Shown here: piece by piece, positions 1 to 12,034 of the stretch
How the letters are laid out: each line of letters opens with the position of its first letter
How positions within the stretch are numbered: the first letter of the stretch is position 1
Assembly: GCA_964106915.2 (NCBI GenBank)
Contig: OZ066918.1
DNA length: 64,000 nucleotides
Origin: Podarcis gaigeae
Lineage: Eukaryota
Direction: 5' to 3' (one strand)
Position numbers and translations under genes: made by a program
The notes under the pieces: model-generated
What the model was told of the DNA's origin: nothing
The model's database searches: none
Seen by the model: the letters and a program-made list of their open reading frames with translations, nothing else

Positions 1-105
1 TGGTGAACCGGCTTATACTTGAGTCAATAGGTTTTCCCAGTTTTCTGTCCTAAAGTTAGGTGCCTCGGCTTATATTCGGGTCGGCTTATACTCAAGTATA
101 TACGG
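1..105. mobile_element. Right end of a Tc1/mariner-superfamily (pogo/Tc2-like) non-autonomous element, cut by window start
   Basis: Ends tcggcttatactcaagtatatacgg followed by TA; repeated subterminal cggcttata motifs. Confidence 0.7.
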
Positions 106-2352
106 TAATACCAAGGCAACTAAATATAAAAGTGTTTGTTGTTGGCCACATGAACAATGAGTGCGATCAGACCTCTTTCCCAGTGGAGCTCTGCTCTGAC
201 CCTCTTTGGTCAGCCTCTAGATTTCTTTGGTTTATCTGCTCCGATATCACAGGACCCGTGCTAGTGGGGGAATCAAACCCCTCAGCCTGGCATTGGACAG
301 GTGTTCTGATATAAACTGTCTTGCATCTGCTTATATTGCAGATATTAATATTATACAGTTAGAAGTGACTGTGAAGTTAGAAATGGAGTGAAAACTGACT
401 CCATTTGAAATGAAACATTGTCAAGGCCCAGTAATTTAAAACTTTACTTGCAGAACTTTCTTCAAAACAAAACAAAAACATCCAAATAGTTCCATAAGAC
501 ATATGCCAGTCCAAGGCTTAAACACAGCACCTTACAAAATATGAAATAATTCCAGAAGACCTAGAAGCAGATGTCTATGTCTTCCCACAACCTGCAGTCT
601 AGCCTACATTCTGCCTGAGCCTGTTTACACCAAGAGCTTCATTTACATCCTTATTCTCACAAAGCCTGGGAACAAAGAGCTCCAGCCACCACCCTTCCAA
701 GATTTAAAATTCAATACCTCTCATGTGATCTAAGGTTAAGCATGTTAGCTAGCAGAAAACAACAATAGTTGATCAGCTCAGTTAAAGCTCAGGCTCCCTT
801 AGAATATTGCTGTGGAATTTTCCAATTTTAAACTATTTCACCATTACTTATAGCCAGCGTGAATTAAACCAATTATACTTAACAGCTTAGGGAGCTGGAT
901 TGTTTGACATAATTTTAGAACTACAACATTAAACATACATCTAAGTGTAAAATGGCTGAGTAGCTTTAAATATATTTTTGCTGATTTTGTCTCTGCTTTT
1001 GCTAGACTTATGTGGACTATAAATGATTTACGGTATTTTGTTTTGCCAGATTTTAGAATATCCTTACATCAAATTAATATAGGCAAATGGGGGAATTCAT
1101 CTAACCATACAAATCATTTTAAGTTTTCCCCTAGATCTTTGTCTCTCTCTGTGTTAATAAGGTTCCAAAAAAGTTATGTTGGTTGGTACAGAGCTGTCAG
1201 TTAAATATGCTGGATGTTAGACCAGTAGGACACTATGAAATCCACAGAGTTCTTTGTGGGATTTCAAGACAGCTGTAAGATGCTTTGCAGAACCTGCAGT
1301 GCAAATTTCTCTCCCACATGTTTCTCTTTTCTTTTCCAGCTGACAGTCCTGACCATGAATTAATCAGTCAGCTTCCAGAAACATAGTTCATAACAATAAG
1401 AAGGAAACCAGGGAAGGAGAGAATGGGTTTACACCAGTAAGTCCACAGAACTGCTGTCCAAGCCTGTTGTGAATAATGATACAGCATTTGTCCTCTGTTT
1501 GCTTGATCTGAATTTTTTTAACAATAGGAGCTCTTTAGCCAGATTTGAAAGCCAAATAAAATAATAACAAATGATTAAATCATTATACCTTCGTTTAACA
1601 TGGATAGGTTGGAATAAGTCTTAATTGCACACATCTATCCCTTTCCTCTGATAGGTGTGGAAAGCAGATACTTCTTCAGTCTAAAAAGAATCAATGAGTA
1701 TGCTTCCTTCTAATACTTAGATCAAATATTAAATATCACCAGATCTTTGGTGTTGAGGATTGGTCTAATGCCTGACAAGGATCCTGAGGGGAAAAGAACA
1801 CTGAAACTGACTTTTACTGTTTTAGGTCCTAACACACTCAAAATCCTTATTTTTTTCCTGCCACTACCTCAAATACAAGGGGGAGAATTCAACATAGTGC
1901 CAATTTAAAGTCCCTTAACTAGTGGGATGACTTGTGCAAGAGAACATGCAGGAAGACATCAAGAAGCCTGGAGGGCTGCATTTGGCACCTGGGCCTGAGC
2001 TTTCCCACTCATGACATATATATGAATAAACAAAGCTTCTGCCCCAAATAATTGGGATCCTCATAATTTTCCATGGTGATTATTTATGCCTGCCTTCTTT
2101 CTTATTTTTCTTATTTTTCAGGTATTTGCTAACCCACCCACAAAATGATCATTTTGTTCACAGCTATTCAATATTTTTCAAGCATCTTTGTTAGTGCAAA
2201 GGACTCATCCAAGGCATTTGGAAATTCCAAGCAGACTATTAGCATATTTCTTAGTACTGCACGTCATGACAGTTGTCCATGTCCTGATGCCAGCACATAA
2301 CCATAACGTGTACCACAGCACTAGTGCAGAGAGGCATAGCAGTTACTCTTGC

Positions 2353-2680
2353 CATAAGAACAACCTGCTGGATCAGGCTAATGGCCCAACTAGGCCAACA
2401 TCCTGTTCTCACAATAGCCAGTCAGATGCTGCTGGGAAACCTGCAAGTGGACCTGAGCACGAAAGCACCGCCTCTGCACTGCGGTTTCTAGAAACTGGTA
2501 TTCAGAAGAATGCTGCTGCCATCCATGGAGGCCAAGCACAGTCATCATGGTTAGTAGCCATTGATACCCTACCTTCCAATAAATTGTCTAAACCTCTTTT
2601 AAAGCTATCCAAGTTGGTGGCCATCACTGTGTCCTGTCAGAGCAAGTTCCATAGTTTAACTGTGCACTGCTGAGTGAAAA
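2353..2680 (-). mobile_element. CR1 LINE 3' fragment (end of ORF2 plus 3' UTR)
   Basis: Minus translation CTVKLWNLL*QDTVMATNLDSFKRGLDN resembles the CR1 ORF2 C-terminus; followed by a typical squamate CR1 3' UTR. Confidence 0.8.
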
Positions 2681-5600
2681 ACAGCAAATAATAGTGTTTC
2701 ATCCCAACTGCAACATTTAAGTGACACACTTCAGCAGTTGTGTCACACTGATACAGGCCATTAACAGTTCTGCAACATCCTAGTAGCCCTCTGTTCTTTT
2801 TGACTAAGAAGAGTTGGCAAAATCCTATGCCTAGTCAGGCCTAAGGCACAGGCAGCTGAATCAGAAGCTAGGAACTAGGAGTCATGCAAGGAGTCAGTAC
2901 TAAGGGTCATTAGGAGTCACAACTCACCAGATCAAGACATTTGCCACCCAAAGTCTTATCCTAAACAAGAAGTCATGTATAGCCCTCGTTAAAGAGCATC
3001 AGTACCTGGGAATCCTTTAATGTCAAGAAGATATTCTGAACTGTAGTCCTGTTGGCTGACCACATGAAGAGCAGCTGAACCAAAATAGAGGCCTCCTGGT
3101 ATTGGGGCGTGTGCAGAGTGCCCATTCAGCACACCATCAGAATGTGCCAATGGAACGTATTAATACCAGACAGTTTTGGTAGGGTCAGTACAATGCAGTT
3201 CCCCAGCTTAGCATAAAGTTGTAGTAGAGTCTTTCCCACAGCATACAGTCTCCTTATAGTATTCCAACACAAAGCAAACTTGCTTCAAACACAGGTGTAT
3301 TTATACTTTAGATTGTGCTGAGTCACTATCACATGCTTGTTCACTCATGCTTAACTAGATGCAGGTGCAGGACAAGCACACCCAAAATTAACCAGCACCC
3401 CTAACTTAACCCTTTCTTATCCTTTTTCTCTGCATGAATAAACCCTTATACATTAACACCTGGTTCTAGCCCTGGTGGATCCCAATATGACATGCACGTC
3501 TTCTCTTAAGAGGAACCTAGCCATATAGCTCTGTTTGCCAAGGCTAAGAAAAATGCTATAGTAACTAAGGATGTGCACCCTATGCTTTGCCATTCCAACC
3601 AGATTAGATCACTTGTCTCCTGGATCACTTCTATGCACGTTCTTGTTGATATATCCACTAAATAGACCATTTACACAATATTTAGGAAACTGCCTTAAAT
3701 TTGATGGATAGAGAACAGTAATTAGGGATGGCATAACTGAGAAAATGTCAGTAGAAAAGGACAATTTTAGAAAAACACATGTTTCCACCTCTAGGGTTTT
3801 TTATTTTCTTTCTTTGCAGAGCCATGGGAAAGCAGATTAGTTTTCAATGATGAAAGATTTGGCACTGTCAGTTAACAAACTAATGTGCCAAGTGCTGTGC
3901 TTTTTTGGCTAGTATTGGCTGACTTTTAAAGAGTTTTCATGTGAGAAGTCCTCTCCAGTTTTTGATGTAGCTCCATTACAAATGAATATAAACCCTTTTA
4001 GACACAAGACTTATTTTTCAACCCACTTCTAGTTAACCTGGCTATTATTTAGACATGTGCAATCTACTAAAGCGTGATGAAGAGAAATTTTCTGAAGTCA
4101 TCCTGAGGGCTCTCCAGGGCACAAAGCCAAGACACAATGTCCTGCCTGGATACTGAAGATGTCAAAGCCAAAGCAACAGCAGAAGCCCAGTATCACATTT
4201 TAAGCTCTTTCCAATCTATTTCATTCAGCTAATGAGGTGAGTTAATGAGGCTTTCACCTGAACACACAAGGGTTTAAAATGGAGAAGGCACGTATGCAAA
4301 CCTCATTCCCGACATCTCCACAATGTGCAGGCACTTCTTCATGTGTTCAGCACAAAGGTGTGACAGGGCCTTATAGATGCATTCAGTTAAAAACACACAG
4401 AAGCCCTCCTACTATCAAGAACCCAAACACAGGGAAGCTTCTAAGTGAATCCAACTAAATGTGCTTAGAAACTGTATTCAGATATTCATTCTGAAGTTTG
4501 TGTGAAGGACTGAAGAGGATCCTCTCTGTGCAAATGTTAGGGGTGAGGTTTGCAAGCTACACTTGCAGTTTCTGGTATCAATCACCATTGAAATTTTTAG
4601 CCCCTAAACATTTATACATGTTACATATATTTCCAGGACATCAATTAAAAAAGCAACCAGCCTTTTGTGCTGATTATACCTAAGCTGCTTGCCGTTAAGA
4701 GGTTTCTGATATTTCTCCACACAGCCACCTTACAGGTTTTCATTGAATGCTCATATATTACTACGCTACTGAAAACGTTTCTGATAGCTGCTTGGGGTAT
4801 TGTGGCCATAGGCTGAAATAATTGCATCTGAGTGTACTGAATAACAAGCAAACAACCATTGACTTTTGTGTGCAAATCAGCTAGAATACAAATTCTGCAT
4901 CTTGGCATAAGCCCAGAGTTGTTTGAATTGGTCTTTTGAGGATTTTTTTAAAGAGACTTTTATTGTGTAGAAATATCCAAAATTATTTTCATTATAAGTT
5001 TTCATTTGACAGCCTTATGATTTCTTGTCTAATTAGTGAAGGCATTTTGTTTTAAATAAGTTGCTCATTGCCAGCATCCTTCCCAATTTTCATCAGAAAT
5101 GCTAAGTTTGTGACAGCATAATTTCCATTCAGTTATTATAATTGCAACATTAAAATGAAATACAGAAATTAAAACTTGAGGGAGTGCAACTGAAATAAAA
5201 TATAACAAAGATCTTTTACACATACACATTTTGATGGCATTTACTCATTTATAGAGTTCTGCAACCTCTGGTAGGTGTTTGAGAATTTAAGAAGCCATCT
5301 AAGCGAGGCTACCAGAACTGTGAAGGCATCATCAGTTGATGAATGAGCAGCAGCAGGAGGACAATGGGAGAAAAATGGTAGTGAGCACATTCTTGATTTG
5401 ATTCTGAAGAATGGGCTGGATCCAGACTTGTCTTCAGCAGAACTCCACTAACAGGTAGCTCCCACATACAGAATGAGGAATAAGTGACATAGATGAAAGT
5501 TTAAGATATATGAATAGCTAGTGTGCGTGTTTTCACTTACTATAGTAGAGACTGTAGTATGTGTTCTGATTCTAAAGCCAATGATGGCAGCATCTTAATT

Positions 5601-5982
5601 GGCAAGGCAAAGGCAAAGGCACAAACAATTTGTCTGAAGAGTGCGGGAAGATGACATCCAAAGTGATGCTAGTATTGGCACCACAACTCCTGATAGTCTA
5701 ATTTTGACTTTCTGCTTTAGGGGCTTCCTCAGCTAGTGACAGTAGTTTGAAATCAGCTAGTGATGATTATTGCCAGACAACTAATTTGGTCCTATGCTTG
5801 AGTCTAGAATTATTCTTCAACACATCAAACGCGGTGCCTACTACACTTCCTGAAAGATGGTTACACTACTTGGCCCTAGTATAAGACGGATATCTGACCA
5901 CAGCATGAAGGGGGGGCACTGGGCAAAAAGTATCATGGATTTAAAAAGGCAACAACTCCTAGGCTGCAGTCATCAGACTAGA

Positions 5983-6111
5983 CAAGGGATGGGAACCTCC
6001 AGATGTTGTTGGACTCCAATTTCCATCAGTCCCAGCCAGCCTACCAATGGTTATGGATGATGGAAACTGTGGTTCAACAACTACTGGAAGATTACAGGTT
6101 TCCCATTCATG
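5983..6111. mobile_element. Degraded palindromic hAT-like MITE (same type as 60412-60549)
   Basis: ctccagatgttgttggact...ccatca / tgatgg...caacaactactggaag imperfect fold-back; no TSD visible. Confidence 0.5.
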
Positions 6112-6781
6112 AACAAAACTCGTCCCATTAAATACTGCCATCTCACATCCAATTACACATGTTTAAGCCTGTTAACATCAGTTGTGCTATATGAACATAA
6201 TGAATCAAAGGATTCAGCTCAACAAAAGCAATACCTTGTAATATGTAGTAATATATAGAATTTGCTTTTGATTTTCAAAGTATATTTTGAAGTGAAAAAA
6301 TTACAGGTTTTTCATCTTCCTAGTCTAAGTAAAGAACTGCCTTCTATTGTACATGTATGAATATTCTGTATTGTCCACATTTCAAGCGGCTAGAATTTTC
6401 TTAGGAATAAATTGCATAGCCTGTCAGACTTTGCCCTGATAATTAGCATCTGGTTTTCCTTTGTTTAATTGTATTATGCTTAGGGTCAGACTTCTTAGTA
6501 TTGGCAAAGAGAAGAAGTAATGACTCCAGTTTTTTGGCACTACCATAGCTTTTTAATGACTTCTCAAAAATAAGTGCCCGTGGTAAATGAAGTTTGCTAA
6601 CATCAAGTGTGTTCTCTGCTCTGTAACAAAGTCTCCTTAAATTGCCTAAAAAAAAAAAATCAGAAGCTATTTATTTACAAGTTGTAAAACATATAAATCT
6701 GCAAATATAAAGATGATAGCTAACTATAGATCCCATTAACATGTAAAATATGAAAAAACAATGTAAAAATTATTATTATTA

Positions 6782-6841
6782 GTATATATATATTATTAGT
6801 ATATATGCAGGTTTTGGTGTCCTCGGGTGTCTTCCCGTGTA

Positions 6842-6887
<46 letters not shown>

Positions 6888-6925
6888 TAATATATATATT
6901 AGTATATATATATATATATATATAT
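6782..6925. repeat. (TA)n microsatellite complex
   Basis: Several TA runs interrupted by tagta/tacta units. Confidence 0.9.
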
Positions 6926-6971
6926 CACGAAGAGGGTCACGAAGAGTTGGACACGACTAAACGACATATAT

Positions 6972-7062
6972 GTCGTTTAGTCGTGTCCAACTCTTCGTGA
7001 CCCCATGGACCAGAGCATGCAAGGCACTCCTGTCTTCCACTGCCTCCTGCAGTTTGGTCAAA
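6972..7062 (-). mobile_element. Bov-B 3' terminal fragment (heavily 5'-truncated), with an inverted copy of its tail immediately to the left
   Basis: gtcgtttagtcgtgtccaactcttcgtgaccccatggaccagagca...cagtttggtcaaa is nearly the same as 17075-17164 of the full Bov-B. Confidence 0.85.
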
Positions 7063-7063
7063 T

Positions 7064-7126
<63 letters not shown>

Positions 7127-7132
7127 TAGATA
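7063..7132. repeat. (GATA)n microsatellite
   Basis: Direct tetranucleotide run. Confidence 0.95.
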
Positions 7133-9162
7133 TCACACAAGCATAATGCACACTTCTATGAAATCTTGAAATTATTTCATGTGACGTGATCCACCAATGT
7201 GAGTTGTCCAAAACTGATTTTAAACTAAAATCTTATACATAATGGAGCAGCCATTTTCCTTTTAATTTCTATTCTGCAAAAGGAGTCACTACATCCCAGA
7301 CGTCAAGTCTGAATATTAATTAAATTGCATCCTCTTTTCCGCCTGGTATCACCCCTCTCCTCTTCCTTTGTTCGTGTTCTACAGACACAAACTATTTAGA
7401 AAGCATCCACACATAAATATGGTGAGCTGGAGATCACAATGACTAGTACAAATGCTGTTAGAATTATTTTGCAGCTAGAGAAAAACAAAAGAAATCCAAG
7501 ACCTCATGATATAAATCAGCTACACAATCCTACTACTTCATTTAACTTTTCCCACATAATGTTAATGGGTGTAATGTTTCTAAGAGTCTAAACAGTGTCT
7601 TTTCATGATGCAGGAAGCAGATGCTACACAGCTAATATGTATTGATGCTTTCCTGATTACTGGAACTCGGTTATCATTCAGAGACTGAAAAGTGATTATT
7701 GTAGACTTCTGAGTAAAAGATAACTTCACATAATTAACATCCTCAAAAGCTATGTATAACTTAATCTTTATTAATTCCTAAAACACCTAGGTTGGGTAAA
7801 AAAAAGCACAGCTTGAAGACAGATGCCTTCAGAAAATGGAATTCTTTTATTATGCAACAGCCCTTCCAAATATAATTACATACTACTCTACTATTTAGCT
7901 TAAGATCCGTCAAATAACCCAGAAGTTTTTATTGGTTTTAAAGAAATATTTCCCAAATAAAATAGAAGTTATGCTACAATAAAAAAGTTACACTACAATC
8001 TCTATGGTTTCTGGAAAATACAACTTTGTGGCTCACTTTCACATTCTGATCTAGAGCAATTTTGGGGAGGGCTGTTTGTTTTGTGGGGGACTGTCAGCCT
8101 TTTCCCCCCTTTATGATTTGTTAAGGAGGGCTCTGAGTATTTTGGCTAGGTTTTTTTGTGGGGGAGGGATTTCTAAGCACCACCACTTTTTCTTCTGTGA
8201 AATGTGTGTTTTGTGGTGCCCATGACATTTCTTACATTTCTACTTGTGCCCCAGGCCCAAAAAGTTTAGGGACCCCTGCTATTCAACATGATAAATTACA
8301 CACACATACAAAGGGTTAATTTTTTTTGAAAATCATAAATGTAGCTTTCTTTCTTTGACTAAATCTTTCATTATCCTTTGTTATACCTATTTTTATTTTA
8401 TTTTATTATCAGACATGATCTTATAGAACTTTTAGGTTTTTTGAACACATTTGTATCTTATAAAGACAAAACAATTGAACCCCTTTAGTTGTAACTCTGG
8501 ATGCTGAGAGAGGAACTCTCAAGTGCTATTATCTCTGGAGCAATCAAATACACTATAATTTGTGCTGTGTGTGGCAGTTTTGAAATATGTCAAGATGTGA
8601 AGTGATTCATGCTTTTTACTTTTATTGACAATGGATTTTAATACTTTCTGGTATTTATAGTGTCAACTTTTTGACAGCGAACATTGCATTTTATTTTCTC
8701 GTTATCTGAAAGCAAAATTATTTGACTTAGAACAAAATTAAGCCTCTCACTTGACTACCACTTCTGCGCCTTCTTCTCATGGATACTTCTGCAGAGACAA
8801 TACTACTTGTGATAAGGGAAAGAAAGAAAATGAAAGAGAAGAATGAGAAGAACAGCTTGCAAAGGAGAAGATGCAAATGGGTCTTCTCAAAGGAGTATCT
8901 CCAACATACAAGATAGTGAAAACATATCCCCTCTGTAAAAGCACTTGTATTTGTCCTTAATAGTAGTGCCAAACCTAGAAAGCACAACAGTCCAGTTTCG
9001 TGGAAAGCCCTTCTTGCTTGTGTGAGTGCACCCTTCATTATTCAATCAAGTGCAAATCTCCCCTGAGCTTTCCTGCACTCACAGAGTTCCCAGAAAAGCA
9101 AGGGGTTCCTTATCTATTACAGTAAGACCTGGGAGTCTTTCTCAAGTCAAGGAAGTGTAATA

Positions 9163-9386
9163 CAGTGGTACCTCAGGTTACATACACTTCAGGTTACAGA
9201 CTCCACTAACCAGAAATAGTGCTTCAGGTTAAGAATTTGCTTCAGGATGAGAACATAAATCGTGCTCTAGTGGCGCGGCAGCAGCAGGAGGCCCCATTAG
9301 CTAAAGTGGTGCTTCAGGTTGGGAACAGTTTCAGGTTAAGAACGGACCTCCGGAACGAATTAAGTACTTAACCCGAGGTACCACTG
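9163..9386. mobile_element. Tc1/mariner (Tigger/pogo-like) MITE, family A
   Basis: TIR cagtggtacctc...gaggtaccactg, TA on both sides, internal ttcaggtta repeats; same family as 39566-39807 and 46122-46363. Confidence 0.9.
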
Positions 9387-9719
9387 TATTTTTATTCTAC
9401 TTTACACTCGGTTTATGGGTGATACCCAACTAAGTTATATGGCGTGCAGATCCACTGGAAAAAGCAGTGTTTAATGTTTTATTGTGTCTTTATATATGTT
9501 GGCAGTTGCCCAGAGTGGCTTAACAGTTTCAGGTTAAGAACGGACCTCCGGAACGAATTAAGTACTTGGGTTAAGGTACCACTGTATTTTTATTCTACTT
9601 TACACTCGGTTTATGGGTGATACCCAACTAAGTTATATGGCGTGCAGATCCACTGGAAAAAAACAGCGTTTAATGTTTTATTGTGTCTTTATATATGTTG
9701 GCAGTTGCCCAGAGTGGCT
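9324..9719. repeat. ~197-bp tandem duplication (MITE right end plus flank)
   Basis: 9324-9520 is repeated at 9522-9719 with a few differences. Confidence 0.9.
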
Positions 9720-9815
9720 GGGGTATAGTCAGATGGGTGGGGTATAAATAGCAAAATTATTTTTATTATTGAATAGGGTGTCACTATTTTCATCAAGGAA
9801 ATGTTGGAGGGTGTG
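9668..9815. mobile_element. Partial copy of the composite TIR element at 59281-59609 (opposite orientation), containing an L2-like 3' tail
   Basis: Aligns by eye to the reverse complement of 59281-59415 and ends in gttggagggtgtg. Confidence 0.65.
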
Positions 9816-10446
9816 AAAAAGGAGGGTGTGGAGGAAAATGGTCTGTGTGGTCCCTTTACAGAAGGATCAGGAACTGCAGGTCCACAACCAGGAATGACTC
9901 AACATGCAGCTTTGCTCTTCGGCCCATGCAGCTATGAAACTTGGTGCAGGGGGAACCTCTTATTGATGCCAATGAGAGCTTTTTTCTAAATGCTGCATGG
10001 GAGTGTTTTTCTTGGGGAGGGGTGGAAAGTGACAGCAGAGGAAGTAAGAGAGAGATTAATGAAGTGGTGGAAAGAGGAGTGGACTGCCAGAAATAGAGAA
10101 AATGGAGGTGGACCCACCCCACTGCTGGCTCTGACCCTACTCAGTTTTGACTTGAGCCCAGCCTGCTGCCAACAGTGGCCCAGCACACCCCTGAGGGACT
10201 GTCTGCAGCCCTTGACATAACAAAGGTTCCCCCCCCCCAACACTATCATTTTACAATAACTTGGGAGAAAGAATTAGGATTGGGAGGATTAGTTCCATGC
10301 GCTTAAAAATCTTTCTCCTCCATGCTCTATAGGAAGGTTTCAAGAAGAAGGAAACGAAAAAGGACATATTCAGTTGAGTCCCAACCCAAGCTTTAGGAGG
10401 GATGGGAAAGAAAGGTGTTCTTTCCCCCCTACTCCCACTCCTGAAA

Positions 10447-10500
10447 TCCCTTCCCGCTGCCGCACAGTTAGCCTCCCTTCCCGCTGCCGCACAGTTAGCC
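10447..10500. repeat. Perfect 27-bp tandem duplication
   Basis: tcccttcccgctgccgcacagttagcc x2. Confidence 0.95.
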
Positions 10501-11840
10501 AGTGCTACAAATCTCCTGAAAACGTGGTATTATATTTTTCAGGTGAGCAAGTTTTAACAATTGAAGTTGAGATATAAATAATGCTAGAGTTTAAGAATGG
10601 CATTGCAATTAAATATATCTTAAGAAGTGGGATATAATTTTATACACAAGAACCAAGCAAGTTAAATGAGAAACACGGTTATAGAAAATTGGTTAGAGGG
10701 TTAATATTGACTGAGCTGTCATTCAGTATGTTAAAGCAACAAATCTACGTGAACACCCAAATATTCATATTGGCTGTCCATAACTTTAATATCAATTCAC
10801 TGAGTCTGTTAATGAATTCTTGGCATTTTAAAGTTGGCTAAGTCATTAAATATGACCCAAAAAGCCCAGCTTGGAACTACTTGTTCTGCTAAAGAAAATG
10901 GTATGGCATTAAGCCAGTGAACCAGAAGCAATGCTGATTGTTTTGCATTTACCTGAGCAAAATTCTTATCTTTATCTAAAATACACAAAAGTAAATCCTA
11001 GATGTGGGAATGTCAATGCATAACCTTTCCACCGCTCCAAATTGAAAATATTTTCTAATACTGCCATTTCAAATTTTTACAATAGTGAAGGAAGAAATTC
11101 AAGATAATAAAAAGTCAGTATGACTTGGGCTGAAAGAAGAGGTGAAGAGAAAGAGCCCTGCACAGTGAAAAAGTATTCAGGCTGAGTTTTAGACATTCTG
11201 GTTCTGCACCCTTTAAAAGTTTGGCTGTGAACCTCCAGGTTTTTTTATCCGTTTCAGATTTGCAATTCAGAGGATAGGTAAAAGGGTTTTTTATGTGCAT
11301 TATTCATTGTTCAAGGATAAACGACTGCCAATTTCTAAAAAGGCCTCAGGAGGTCTATTGCTTGGTTGTCATAGGCTAAATTTATTCTTTCTGGAGCACT
11401 GTTCCATCTTTTCTGCTGGACATTAAAGAGGAAGACTGCCTTTACTGTGAGAAATGAACATCTGAACAGCTCAATTCTAGAAACAACGTACTGTATTTGA
11501 AAACTGTAGAGTATCAAAGGTAAGAAACCATTCAAAAAGGTTTTCCCCACTCTATGAACATACCTTGTTCTCAGGTGCCGACAAAGGTTCTACTTTAAAT
11601 CATAATCAAATGCTGGCCTGGCATGAATCATAGTTACTTGTTGTCACTGAAGAAATCTTGCAGGTGTGTTAGCAGACTAATACAACCCTAAACACCCCTT
11701 CTCAAAAGTAAAGTTCAGAGTTCAATGCAGCTTGCTTCCAAGTAAGTGGGTACAGGACTGCAGCCGAAGGTGCTCTGTGAAAATTGCTTACCTGAAACTT
11801 TCCTTTAGTACTACAGGTTGTAGGGCCAGCCCAAAACATT

Positions 11841-11950
11841 GGGTGATATTCAACTGAGGTTTACTCAGAGTAGAGGCATTAATGGACTTAGGTTAGTCAT
11901 GTTAATTAATTTCAATGGGTCTACTCTAAGTAAAACTTAATTGAACACAA
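11841..11950. mobile_element. Short palindromic MITE-like repeat
   Basis: tttactcagagtaga ... tctactctaagtaaa inverted arms; related half-copy near 40520-40562. Confidence 0.5.
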
Positions 11951-12034
11951 TTTACTGTGCTGCCTGAGGCAGAGAAGCAAATGGTTCCACTCAAGTGAAG
12001 GTGGACATACAAACAACTGGACTTTAAAAGATTT

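Noticed and set aside
2188-2673. 161-aa ORF
   Set aside because: Mostly antisense to a CR1 fragment, non-ATG start, no recognisable domain.
6808-6841. Short GC-rich snippet between TA runs, possibly a retroelement end
   Set aside because: Too short (~30 bp) to assign.
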